From the NCBI RefSeq assembly GCF_963921235.1, contig NC_086097.1:44828001-44892000 (forward strand): a DNA stretch of 64,000 bases. The letters are read 5' to 3'. This document shows, piece after piece, positions 51,530 to 64,000 of this stretch; position 1 is the first letter of the stretch, and the number at the start of each line of letters is the position of its first letter. A program made the position numbers and the translations under genes. Source of the DNA: Mobula hypostoma (lineage: Eukaryota). The notes under the pieces were generated by a model that saw nothing but the letters and a program-made list of their open reading frames with translations, was not told where the DNA came from and made no database searches.

Positions 51530-53460
51530 ATAAACAAATAGGAGCAGGAGTGGGCCATCTGGCCTGTCGAGCCTGCTCCACCATTCAATGAGATCGTGGC
51601 TGATCTGGCCATGGACTCATCTCCACCTACCTGCCTTTTCCCCATAACCCTTAATTCCCCTACTATGCAAAAATCTATCCAACCTTGAATAATATATATA
51701 TTTACTGAGGTAGTCTCCACTGCTTCATTGGGCAGAGAATTCTACAGATTCACCACTCTCTAACCTCATAGTCTAACCCCCTCATCTCTGGAATCAACCT
51801 GGTGAGCCTCCTCTGCTCCACCTCCAAAGCCAGTATATCCTTCCTCAAGTAAGGAGACCAGAATTGCATGTAGTACTCCAGGTGCGGCCTCACCAGTTCC
51901 CTGTACAGTTGCAGCATAACCCCCCACTCTTCAATTCAATTCCTCCAGCAATGAAGGCCAACATTTCATTTGCCTTCTTGGTCGCCTGCCAGACCTGCAA
52001 ACCAACCCTTTGTGATTCATGCACAAGCACTCCCAAGTCGCTCTGCACAACAGCATGCTGCAATTTTTTTACCATTTAAATAATAATCTGTTCTTTTATT
52101 TTCCCTTCCAAAGTGGATGATTTCACATTTACCAATATTGCATTCCATCTGCCAGACCCTTGCCCACTCAATTAACCTATCTATATCTCTCTGCAGACTC
52201 TCTGTATTTTCTGCACAATTTGCTTTTCCACTCAATTTAGTATCATCAGCAAACTTAGATACACTACATTCAGTCCCCTCTTCTAGATCGTTAATGTACA
52301 TTGTGAATAGTTTCAGGCCCAGCACTGACCCCTGTGGCACACTGCTCCCCACTGATTGCCAACCAGAGTAACACCCATGTATCCCCACTCTCTGCTTTCT
52401 ATTAGTTAACCAATCCTCTATCCATGCTAATACATCACCCCCAACTGTATGCATCCTTATCTTATGGATACATCTTTTATTTAGCACTTTATCGAACGCC
52501 TTCTGGAAATCCAAATAAATAACGTCCATCTGTTCTCCTCTATCCACTGGGCTTGTTATATCCTCAAAGAAGTCCAGTAAGTTTGTCAAACAGAACCTGC
52601 CTTTGCCGAATCCATGCTGTATCTGTCAGATGAATCCATTTCTTTCCATATGCCTCACTATTTCTTCTTTAATGATAGCTACAAGCATTTTCCCAACTAC
52701 AGATGCTAAACTAACTGACCTATAGTTACCTGCCTTTTGCCAACATCCTTTTTTGAACAGTGGCGTGACATTCACCATCTTCCAATCTGCCAGGACCAGC
52801 ACAGAGTCCAGAGAATTTTGGTAAATCAGCACCAAAGCCTCTACTATAACTTCTCCCTATTCTTTCAGTACCCTGGGATGAATTCTATCAGGACCAGAGG
52901 ACTTATCTATCTTCAGGTCCACATACTTGCTCGGTACTACCTCTTTAGTGATAGCTATTGTATCAAGGCCCTCAGCTCCCATTGCATCCATAAGATCTCT
53001 CTTTGGCATGTTAGATGTATCTTCCATCATGAAGACCGCCACAAAATAGTCATTCAAAGCATTGGCCATTTCCTCATTACCCAATATCAATTCCCCCTTC
53101 TCGTGCTCCAAGGGACCTATGTTCATTTTAGCCAACCTTTCCCGTTTTATATAATTATAAAAACTTTTACTAAACATTTTTATATTTTGTGATAGTTTAT
53201 TTTCATAATCTAGTTTCCCTCTCTTTATTGCTTGCTCAGTAGTCCCTTGTTGCTTTTTAAAGATTTCCCCATTTTCCAGTTTCCCACTACTCTTGGCAAC
53301 TTTGTAAGCACGAGTTTTTAGTTTGATGCTTTTTTTTTATTTCCGTAATTATCCAAAGCTAGCTATCCCCGCCCTTATCGTCCTTGCTTTTAACTGGAAT
53401 ATACTTTTGTTGAGCACTGTGAAAAATCTCTTTGAAAGTCTTCCACTGTTTCAAAATCCT
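51530..53460 (-). mobile_element. CR1 LINE RT region
   Basis: ORF 52017-52589 (YLDFQKAFDKV, VPQGSVLG, SKFADDTK) and ORF 52626-52835 (NYRSVSLASVVGK). Confidence 0.93.
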
Positions 53461-53920
53461 ACAAAAGGTAGTGGATTCGGCCCAGTACATCACTGGCAAA
53501 GCCCTCCTAATCATTGAGCACATCTACAAGAAAAAATTGCCATAGAAATGCAACATCAATCATCCAAGACTCTCAACACACAGGCCATGCTCTATTCTCG
53601 CTCTGCCATCAGGTAGAAGGTACAGGTGTCTCAGGACTTGCACCACCAGATTCAAGAACAGTTACTACCCCATCAGGCTCTTGAACAAAAGGGGATAGCT
53701 ACAATCATTTAAGGACTCTGTTATATATGTTATTTCATGCTTGTTATTTATTGCTATTTACTTATATCTGCATTTGCCCAGCTTGTTTACAGTTAACAGT
53801 TCCTGATGTTTACAGTTATGGTTCTATAGATTTGCTAAGAATGTCCACAGAAAAAGAATCTCAAGGTTGTATGTGGTGACATGTATGTACTCTTGATAAT
53901 AAATTTTACTTTGAACTTTT
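53460..53920 (+). mobile_element. Rex/Babar 3' end
   Basis: ccatcaggtagaaggtacagg (PSGRRYR) and the gataataaattttactttgaacttt tail. Confidence 0.75.
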
Positions 53921-56900
53921 CCAGACAACTTTAAATTGTTAAGTCATATGTTGAATCTGGTGAGTTTGTAAGGTGTTAATTCAGAAAATGAGGAGTTGTC
54001 CAATGGGCTTTGTTGATACAATTCAAGATAGCAAAGGCTGATAAGTCCAAGTACGAACAGGAAGGAAACTTAACATGGCAGACTTAGTGTTACCCTTGTG
54101 GACTGAACAAATATGTGTTTGGTTTTCCCAATGTAGAAGAGACTATATCATGAGCACTAAATGCTCTAAGTTAAGTTAGAAGCAATTAAAAAAAATCAAT
54201 TCTTCATCTGGAAGTAAAGCTCGAAGTTCGTAATTCCATGAGCTTCCATGAGCTTAAAAAAGTTTGTTATATTGAAATGTACCTGCAATGGAATTAGATA
54301 TACTAACCTCTAGAATGGTGAAGTTCCCAGACTTACAAACGCACCCTGACAATACTTCCTCCTTTCTGCTTCTTCAAGGTCTCCATTCCATTCCTTCAGT
54401 TTCTCCCATCTGTTTTGATGTATTGCTGACACCTACAGTTTTCTTTGGGATCATATGTTGAACTCACCAATCTAGATGAACATATTTTTCAGGCTTATAG
54501 GTACATGTACAGCAGCAGTTTAATCTTTTTACCCTTACGATTTTATCTTTATGCAATAAGGGACCAATATGTTACACGTCAACTATATATCATGATTGTA
54601 AAGCTACTGTACATTTGGAATGTTACATTCCCTTTTGTGTACCCTATTGAAAAGACCAAGGTTCAGTACAGAGAAGGCTGTATAAAATTAGTTTAAAAAT
54701 GCAGTCAGTGAAGTGGGGCTCTCAGAATTCCACACTTGAAGCAAAGGAAAGGGCCACAAGAAGAACTTTCTCCACACAAGATTTAGAACTAATAATTCTG
54801 AGTACTACATGAATATTAGATAATGAATAACACTAAATTAGGATAGAAAAGTATCGTGGAATTAGCCTTACTTGCATGATTCAGCAAAATAATTTACAAT
54901 GGTTTGGATCTCAGCCCCCTTGCATGCAGATAGACTACCTTTGTCTGCTTACTGTAACTCAATGACTAGAGGCTGAATGGAATGGTTTTAGAGCTGAAGC
55001 AGTGAAGGTTGAATAGCTTCCTGCACATTCTATAGCTCAATGGAATGTGTTGGAGGTTGAGGAGAAGGGAAGATTGAGAAATAGAGTTGGTGTGATGAAT
55101 CGCCTTGCTTCATTCCAGTCCAAATTATCACTAGGTCTGTACTGAAAACATCGATGTGGACCGTGGGCTGAATTACTTTGTACAACAGAGGAGCCCAAGT
55201 GTATGAGAGTATGGGCCTTATACTAAACAGTCGGAAATCAAAGATCCTTGCCCTTCACAACAATCAAGATCCATGACACAACCTAAATCAATACGCCTCA
55301 CTTCTCATGAGCCATCTCTCAGACACTGATATTGAATTCCACCACTGCCCTTGGCAACCCTAAGAAAGAGTATTCCAGGACTTAAAAGCCACTAACCTGA
55401 CTACAAGCTCATAGTCTATAGAAGAGCAGTGATTTTCCCTCCTCTCCAAATGGTGAACAAATGCCAGTCCCCTCCAGCCTAATATCCTCTGCTTTAAGTC
55501 TCTGATTACAGTCAACCAGCTTAGACGGTGAGCCACATTGTTCTCATGCCTGACATCAAACTATTCAGTGGAATTTTCAAGTGTGTGAGGCTGTAAAATG
55601 TTAAACACAACATTCAATTATTCTTTCTGTTTGAAAATGGAGCAGAAAAATGAGCTGCCATTTTGATTAATAACTGCTCCAGGACAACAGAAGATAATGA
55701 ATCCAACCAACAATAAGCAGCTCCATCAGGGCATACCATGGCAAAATGCCAGCTTCATCCAGCCGCAATTTGGATAGAGCGCTGGAGCAGATTTGGTGCT
55801 TTGTGCAATGTCAACATTCTCAAGGAAGCAGCACACTGAATTGGTGAAATTACACTAAGGCATTTTCTGCTAAAATTAATGAACAAGGTTAGGACAGCGT
55901 TATGATAGTTTGCAAAATGTTAATAAGCAATTTACTGCACAACAGCATGCTCATAAAAGAATATGTACAGAATGGTCCCTTTCTATGCTGCATAGATAAA
56001 GATGGTTAAATGTTCAATGCAATATTACGACCAGTTTTTAATAGTATGGAACTTGTGGGGACTGATTAGATCAAATAGTACATTAATAACCTGGAATTTT
56101 CCCCAATTATTTTCAAAAGTAAAAGACAGATAATATAAGCTTTTATTTTCATATGTTCACCTGTGAGTATCCATCTCCCTTTGGAATTTGAACTCACAAT
56201 GTCAATCCAGATTGTAATGGTTTTTGAAGGGAAAGATTTTCACAGTTGTGTGGTAAATGGAATTTAATTCCTCATGCTCTAAATGGGTGCTGTGCTAGCA
56301 ACCAACTTGTTAACTAACAAAAAAAGAATCAAGAATATTTTACCTGGTTTAAAAAGGATCAAGGTGGCTTTCACCAAATTTACTTGCAAAAATGATACCA
56401 GCATGATCCCTGAGGCAGTTGTCCACTAGTTTACCAGCTGCCACACCATATACCACACTGATTGTCAGAAAGCAAGACAGATGTTAAAGAGCCATTTTCT
56501 GTAGCCAAAGAAAGCAGTCTCGAAAGACGCCTTGGAGCGAGGGAAGGAGAGACAAATCCTGTTACATGTGCCTGGTCACATCTTCCTATATGATCTCCAT
56601 TTCTGGTAGATTCCATTTCTGAAAGCAGCCCCAAGGCACTGCGGGGTACAAGTTTCTCAAGGGGCTATGATCACAGCCTCACACACTTACTGCACGGTAT
56701 AAAGGTGGTACCAGTCATATTTGTGAATAGAAACGAGTGGAGGACGAAAAATGAGTTTGGTGGAGGCTGCGGACAAAATATCGGAACTCTGTGAGCACCT
56801 ACTTTTATCTTTTTGCCAACTTTCCTGTAGGCTGGGGGAGAGACGGAGGGTGCTTGTTTTACCATGAGTGAAAATGCAGTTCACAAGTCACACTTCTCAG

Positions 56901-57155
56901 CAGCCAATTTCTGTTGCATGAAAAGCCACTGCACACGAGACGTCAGCAGGAGCATATCAGATCATTTCCCGATGGCTGTTTTTCAGTCCAAAATGATAAA
57001 ATGCAGCCACAAAATAGCTTTCCACTGCAAATTTATCATAAAAATGAGCAAGTCAGTCAAACTACTAGAGAAGTTTTCCTAAATAATCCATGAACACAAT
57101 GTGGTTTGTTGCAAAAATGATTGAATCAATTCTTATCATTGGCAAAACAAAGTTA

Positions 57156-57353
<198 letters not shown>

Positions 57354-58229
57354 TTACAATTATATCTATTATATCAACGTACAATCCAATGTCAATATAA
57401 ATAAGGACAATGCTATAGATGGAGTCCATACAAACATCTGTATGTTTCTCTGCACTTCAAAGGAGATTATATGCCACTTCTATAGAAACTTTAAGAAGTG
57501 AAAATTTAAACAGAAGAACACAGCAAGTTTGTTCAAAGCTTGGTGGTTGTTACAAAAGGATAAAATGGTGTTAACATATTAATAAGAAAAGATGTAGATA
57601 GAATGTGGAATTTAGATTAGTTCTTAAGACAACAATTATCTCAATGAATGCTGAGAAAGCTAACTTGCGTCCAGAAATTGGACTCACATAAACAACAGGT
57701 ACATCAGTGAACATCAGTCTACAAATTAGAGTACGTTGGTATGGTTGCAGGCATATGATTATTGTATGGAATGACAACAGCTGTTTCAGTTTTGGGCCTG
57801 AAGCCAAAAATTTCTGTAATGCTTAGGGTTCAAAGCATGAAGCCTGAAGCACTACACTGAGAAGCACTCAAAAGGAAATTGCACCATGCAGGACAGAGAT
57901 CGGTTGGGCCAAAAGATTGGGAATTATCCTTTGAAGGATCGGTGCGTGTGAACTGGTGAGAATGCATGTTGACATGGTGGGACAGGGTTGTAAAGTGGTT
58001 ATCTGGGCCTCCCAATCACCAGGCCACTGGACAACTCTAGTGAACAACAGTACAAGGACTGCCAGCATCAGATGGGGCATAAAACACTGAAGATCTGGTC
58101 AATGGAAAATCTGGGAGCCTGATTCATAAGGACATTGGTGAGTTAGGTGATTAGAAGATACTGGGGTGGTGATCAGAGCCTGGGACAATGAGGTGTCAGT
58201 AATTGGGAACTGGTGGAAGGCAATGAGAT

Positions 58230-58980
58230 TGATCAGAATCAGAATCAGGTTTAACATCACCAGCATGTCATTGAGCATAGAACCTAGAAATCTACAGCAC
58301 ATTACAGGCCTTTCAGCCCACAATGTTATGCCGACCATATAACCTACTCTAGAAACTGCTTAGAATTTCCCTACCCCATAGCCCTCTGTTTTTCTAAGCT
58401 TCATGTACCTATCTAAGAGTCTCTTAAAAGACCCTGTTGTATCCACCTCTATCACTGTCACTGGCAGTGCATTCTACGCACCCACCACTTACCTCTGACA
58501 TCCCTTTTGTACTTCCAAGCACCTTAAATCTATGCCCTTTCGTATTAGCCATTTCAGCCCTGGGAAGAAGCCTCTGGCTATCCCCATGATCAATGTTGTG
58601 AAATCTGTTAAGTTAGCAGCAGCGTACAATGCAATACATAATATACAGTAAGAGATTATAGATATATATATATATTTACAATAGTTAAATTAAAAACAGT
58701 GGGAAAACAGAAATAACATATAAAAGAAATTTGAAGTAGTGTTCATGGGTTCAATGTCCATTTAGGATTCGAATGGCCGAGGGGAAGAAGCTGTTCCTGA
58801 ATTGCTGAGTGTGTGCCTTCAGGCTTCTGTACCTCCTTCCTAATGGTAACAATGAGAAGAGGACATGTCCTGGGTGATGGGGGTCCTTAATAATGGACGC
58901 TGCCTTTCTGAGGCACCGCTCCTTGAAGACATCTTGGATACTATGGAGGCTAGTAACCAAGATGGAGCTGACTAATTTAT
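58230..58980 (-). mobile_element. Rex/Babar 3' end with a nested CR1 tail (about 58275-58595)
   Basis: ORF 58751-58960 (KDPHHPGHVLFSLLPLGRRYRS); atcagaatcagaatcagg tail. Confidence 0.8.
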
Positions 58981-59384
58981 TTAATGATGAGTAAAGTTAG
59001 AACATAGACTAATGCAACACAAGAGGAGACCCTTCAGTTCATGATTTCTGTGCTGACCGTAATGCCAATTTAAAATACCCATGGTCTACATCCCTTCACA
59101 TCCTGCTTGTTCATGCCCCTAACTGAATGTCACTTAAACATATCTACATCCAGCACAGTGCAGGTGCTTATCACATTACGCATTAAAAAAAACTTTTACC
59201 TTCTCACCTTAAAGCAATGCTCTCTAGTTTTTGACATTTCCATATTGGGAAAAAGTCTGATTTTCTACCTTATATGTCTACCTTTATCTCTTACTTGTTC
59301 TTAAAGCTCTTAGTGGTCTGGGACGGGGGTACATCACAGAATCATTTTTGTTTTATAATCCTGCTTGTGCTCTCGGGTCTTCTT

Positions 59385-59685
59385 CCGCTGGTCTCTTAAA
59401 TTTAAAAAAACCTGCTTCAAAAGATAATTGGCAGGTCAGCTTTTTAGAATGACACTCCTAAACTGTGGAATTCAATATCTAAAACTGTAAAGGATATAGA
59501 CTCATTTGACAATTGTAAGCGCCAGCTCAAAACTTATTTATTTAACCTCGCTTTGAACTAACATCTTTTTGTCTTTTAGTTTCAAGTTTATTTTGATTTT
59601 TTTGTACTTCGTCCCATTGTAAAGCACTTTGAACTATATAATCTGCATGAAAAATGCTCTGTAAATAAAGTTATTATTATTATAG
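59385..59685 (+). mobile_element. L2-type LINE 3' end inside an older minus-strand CR1 (about 58998-59900)
   Basis: PKLWNSI...KRQLKTYLF* followed by gtaaagcactttga...aataaagttattattatt. Confidence 0.7.
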
Positions 59686-60505
59686 TATTATGTTTCCCAG
59701 AATTTTATCAGAATTCTATCATGCTGGCTCCTCAGCCTCCAAAATTGCAGAGAAAATAATCCAAATTTGTCCGACCTCTCCTTACAGCTAATACACTCCA
59801 ATTCAGGCAATGACCTGGCAAACCTCCTTCGCATTCTCTCCAAAGTCTCCACATCCTGTAAAGGGGCAGCCAGACTTGCACACAATATTCCAAGTAAGGA
59901 ATTAAGCTTAGAAGCTAATTATGGGACTTGCTTTTGTGAGGTTCCAGCAGTGACCAAAAGTGTCTGCTTCTACAAGATGTATTTTACTAATAAAAAAAAA
60001 GCAGAGTTTATGGAATGATGTGGGTTTGATGCTGAAGTTGTGAAAGACTCACATATGCAACTCCCACTGAAGAGTGCCCAAGGAATTTTTCAGAGCAACA
60101 CAAAGTAATTCAGAAATGATTGCTGTAATGTTTTGCTCTATCCAAAATCCATTTGCAATCATGCATGCTGAAGTAAACAGCACTGTACATTCACATTTCT
60201 AAGCTATTGTGATCAACTTGTACTGGTTAAGTTCAATCATTTTTGCTAAGCACTCAAGCTGTTCTGACCCTGAACACTAATCATTCCATCACTTGACCTC
60301 CAAACGGAAACAAAAAAAACTCAATTCACCATAAAAATAAGGAACAAAAGTAGTTACTAAATCACAAAGCCCATTGCTATTTTTGAATTCAGAAGTTGAA
60401 AGTTTTGCACTGCACACATCACTTACATTATATCTCCAGAGAATAGAATTTCAAAGGAGGGAAATGTGAACAGCTGAAATAGCCTTTATACTTCAGATAC
60501 AGATT

Positions 60506-60795
60506 GGGCGCCACGGTACCATAGCAGATTGCGCGATGCTATTACAACTTGCAGCGTTCCAGGGTTCAATTCCAGCGTTGTTTTGTAAGGAGTCTCTGTA
60601 CATGCTCCCCATGGAATGTGTGGGTTTTCCCTACGTGCTCTGGCTTCCTTCCACAGTCCCCAAAGACATATTCGGTAGGTTAACTGGTCATTGTAAATTG
60701 TCCTGTGATCACGTCAGGGTTAATTGGGGTTGTGGGGTTGCTGGGGTGACGTGGCTTGAAGTGCCAGGAGGGCCTTCTCTTTGTTGTAAATAAAA
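60506..60795 (+). mobile_element. tRNA-derived V-SINE-like element
   Basis: B box ggttcaattcc; core tgtgggtttt...cttccttccacagtccccaaagac...ggttaactggtcattgtaaattg; A-rich end. Confidence 0.75.
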
Positions 60796-61347
60796 TACCA
60801 CAGATAACATATCAGCATCATTAAACTGTTTTTATGCAGCTCTCCCCAGACAATCATGGGAATGAATTTTAAAAACATCTGGAAATGTTGGAAATTAATA
60901 ATGAGTCAATGTGCATAAAAAAGTGAATTTAAGAAAAAAATGAAGCAATTATATAATTTCAGGAACTAATACCACAAAGTCAGCAAGCTGTGAAAGTGGA
61001 ATAAACATGATTAACAAAAATAGAATAAATTTTTCCTTTGTTAGCAATTGCTTTCTGAGCCACTTAATAATAATATTCACATTATAGCACACAGACAAGT
61101 AAAATCTTTTACTCTACATATGAAAATAACTATTCCTATCACCTATTCATTAAAATTGTGTTATATGGCTTATGTCCATAGATGCAGAAGGTTCAGTCAA
61201 TGGCAGAATGTTTCTTGCGTGAAATTTACTTGTAAATAATTTATTTAAAACATGTGTGCCAAGTTCCTCAATGCACTTGAAAAATGACAATGGTGTAGGT
61301 TGATATTGGAATAATCACATGCTTCTAAATTTCCGGAATCACATATA

Positions 61348-61682
61348 CAACTTACTGTGAGAAGCTTGTGGAAGGCTACCCAAAATGTCTGACCCAAATT
61401 AAACAATTTAAAGGCAATTGTTAACAATTTAAAGGCAATGCTACCAAGTACTAACAAAGTGTATGTAAACTTCTGACCCACTGGGAAAGTGATGAAAGAA
61501 ATAAAAGCTGAAATAAATCATTCTCTCTACCATTATTCTGCCATTTCACATTCTTAAAATAAAGTAGTGATCCTAACTGACCTAAGACAGGGAATGTTCT
61601 CTAGGATTAAATGTCATGAATTGCGAAAAACTGAATTTAAATGTATTTGGCTAAGGTGTATGTAAACTTCTGACTTCAACTG
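61348..61682 (+). mobile_element. Tc1/mariner, Sleeping Beauty (salmonid-type) family: transposase C-terminus + right IR/DR
   Basis: YCEKLVEGYPKCLTQIKQFKGN..ATKY*. Two direct repeats gtgtatgtaaacttctgac bound the IR (61459-61682), which ends cttcaactg followed by TA. Confidence 0.92.
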
Positions 61683-63079
61683 TATAATCAACTGGCTCCA
61701 AAGTAAACTTTTAATGATTTCTTTTCAATGCTATATTTGATAGTAACAGTGATAGCTAAGAATAATCAAATTGCAATGCAATTTCAAAGAAAAAAATTTT
61801 GATTTTATAATTCTATAACTTGTTGGCAGATGGAATACAGTATAGGGAAGTTCATGATCCTGCAGTTTCGTAGAAAGAATGTGTAGGCTATATTCTAAAT
61901 ATGGAATTAATTCATAATCAGAGGTGCCAAAGGAACTGAGAGTCCTAGTTCAAGGTTCCCTTAAGATTAACTTGCAGGCTGAATCAGTAGTAAGAAAGGC
62001 AAGTGCACTCTGTGAAATAAACCCATAAAATTTTAATTTGCTGCCAGACTCAATCTTCAGATACGGCCCATCCCATTAGGATGCTCTGACCTCTGGGCAC
62101 CAAATTTGTCCTAACAAATATTCAAGTCTTCATGCACTATTTTTCTTAAAGCCCCATCTCCAAGCAGCTCAACAAAATCAGGCTCTAACAACTTGCTTCT
62201 GCATGTAATTTGCAACACCTAGCCCTGGTCTTCGATTCTTCATATTTTCCACTTGATGTCTTGGCTGTCAATCATTGCAGGTTCAAAGTTGTCATTTAAA
62301 GTTAAATTGGATAGATATATGGACAGGAAAGGAATGGAGGGTTATGGGTTGAGTGCAGGCCGGTGGGACTAGGTGAGTGTAAGAGTTCGGCACGGACTAG
62401 AAGGGCCGAGATGGCCTGTTTCCGTGCTGTAATTGTTATATGGGTATAAATTAAATATACATACTGAAGCTTATAATCAGAAGGTTACTGGTAAGCTATG
62501 CAATGGCTCTTTAAAGTACTCTTACCTATATGGAGGAACTTTTAAGTCTTGTTATGCAGACTAAACCAAAGATATACAATAATATTTTTGTCATTATTCA
62601 TTTCCCTCATTTGAAGACCAACCCAAGCTAAATTTATAGCATAGAAATATATTAACAATAGGAAATTTATTGTCACACTTGGTGCTAAGTTATTGAAGTC
62701 AATTTTGTTGCGTCATGTCTTGTCTAAATTGCAGGGAAGGATCTACTCACATGCCTCAGCTTTAAGTGTCAAATTATTTTTGAAAAGCATTCTCAAACCC
62801 AGCAATGATTCATTAAATCATGTTGCTTGGAGCAGAGGCCACAACTGGGGAAGAAATACTGTATAGTATAGTACTTTGTAACATAATGATCCAGTGACAA
62901 ATAACTTATATCAAATAAGTCTGATATAAAATTGCTACTGACTGCCAAGTAGAAACTTTGAATATAAATTGTGCTCCAACTATTTTTGGTGTTAGAAGTT
63001 AGCAACAACACTGATTTTGAATGTACACAAAAAAGTATTTGGAATGGAATAACAATAAATTTGTTTCCAAAGAGTCATT

Positions 63080-63560
63080 CAACAGAGAGACATGTCCCTC
63101 GACCCATCTCCACCATGTCAGCCAAGATGCCCATTAAACCTAATCCCATATCCGTCTAAATCTTTTCTATCCGTGAACCTGTCCAAATGATTTTTTTTTA
63201 AACATTGTAATTGGACATTCTTCTACTATCTCCTTTGGCAGTTTGTTCAGATACCCACCATCCATCCTCTGCTTGAAAAACCTGCCCCTTGGGGTGACTT
63301 TTAGGTATTTCCCCTCTCACCTTAATGTTGGTTTTAGACTTCCCTACCCTGGAAAAAAGATTGTGACCATCTGTCCTGTCCATACCTCTCATATTTTTAT
63401 AAACCTCTATAAAGTCACACCATAGCCTCTGTTATTCAAGAAAGAAAAATGTGGCAGACTTTTGAGTTTCTCCTTATAATTAATGCCCTCCAGTCCAGGC
63501 AACATCCTTCTGAACTATTTCCGCATCCTCACTAACTTGATCACATTCCTCACTTTGAAT
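63080..63560 (-). mobile_element. CR1 3' fragment
   Basis: ORF 63198-63392 (MRGMDRTDGHNLFSRVGKSKT). Confidence 0.75.
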
Positions 63561-64000
63561 GAAAGATTTACTAAGTGAGACCACAACTCGTTGAATGCTA
63601 ACTTGCCATACATTCATCTGAAAAGAATGTCACTACCATCCTTGTCCTTTGGTGATGATTATTATGTCTGCACTTTAGTTGGTGTAGTTAGACAGCAGGC
63701 TGGAGTGAGCAGCAATATGTAGAGGGTAGCCAGCCCTTCCTTGTGATGTTTCCACACTACTTAAGGTTTCTACCAAGTTTGCAAATACAATAAATGTTTT
63801 AGCATAGAGGTTCAATTAGTGTGCAATGGCTCAACGGGCAAGTCTATGTCAACTGCTTAATGTCCCTAATCCACCCAAGTTGCAGCCATGCCCTTAGCAA
63901 GCTCCTAATAGTGAATGTCAGCACTGGAGAAAGTGCTCGTTACCAGATGCAGTATACTCTGTGGACTTTGGGAAGCCCTTGCTCAGTTTACATTTAATTC

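Noticed and set aside
56864..57082. 72-aa plus-strand ORF with ACCATG context
   Set aside because: No homology recognised; antisense to EVL; insufficient for a CDS call.

Overview
Eukaryotic, AT-rich, CpG-depleted, repeat-dense vertebrate DNA. The repeat mix (CR1, Rex/Babar-type LINEs, Penelope-like elements, V-SINEs) suggests a cartilaginous fish; this is inference. The window appears to lie entirely inside one minus-strand gene, EVL (Ena/VASP-like). Its two EVH1-coding exons are clear (57171-57339 and 36925-37102). Exon 1 and the canonical next exon were not found. Most ORF-track entries are decayed transposon fragments or noise. Main observations: (1) a Penelope-derived hairpin inserted in a CR1 RT gene (28327-28519) carries dense A>G changes confined to the duplex, which looks like a genomic fossil of ADAR editing; two of the changes erase in-frame stops, so the RT frame reads through the insert; (2) a cluster of phase-1 cassette/microexon candidates after the EVH1 exon (153, 39, 24 and 12 nt), at the position where the paralogue ENAH has its ++/INV inserts; (3) a Sleeping Beauty-like Tc1 right end very similar to the salmonid element, suggesting horizontal transfer; (4) minimal hammerhead ribozyme motifs, a Dong/R4 fragment in a TAA tract, a HERO-like element, a solo LTR and a MITE with a duplicated end. 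All alignments were done by eye, and repeat boundaries are approximate unless a TSD is given.
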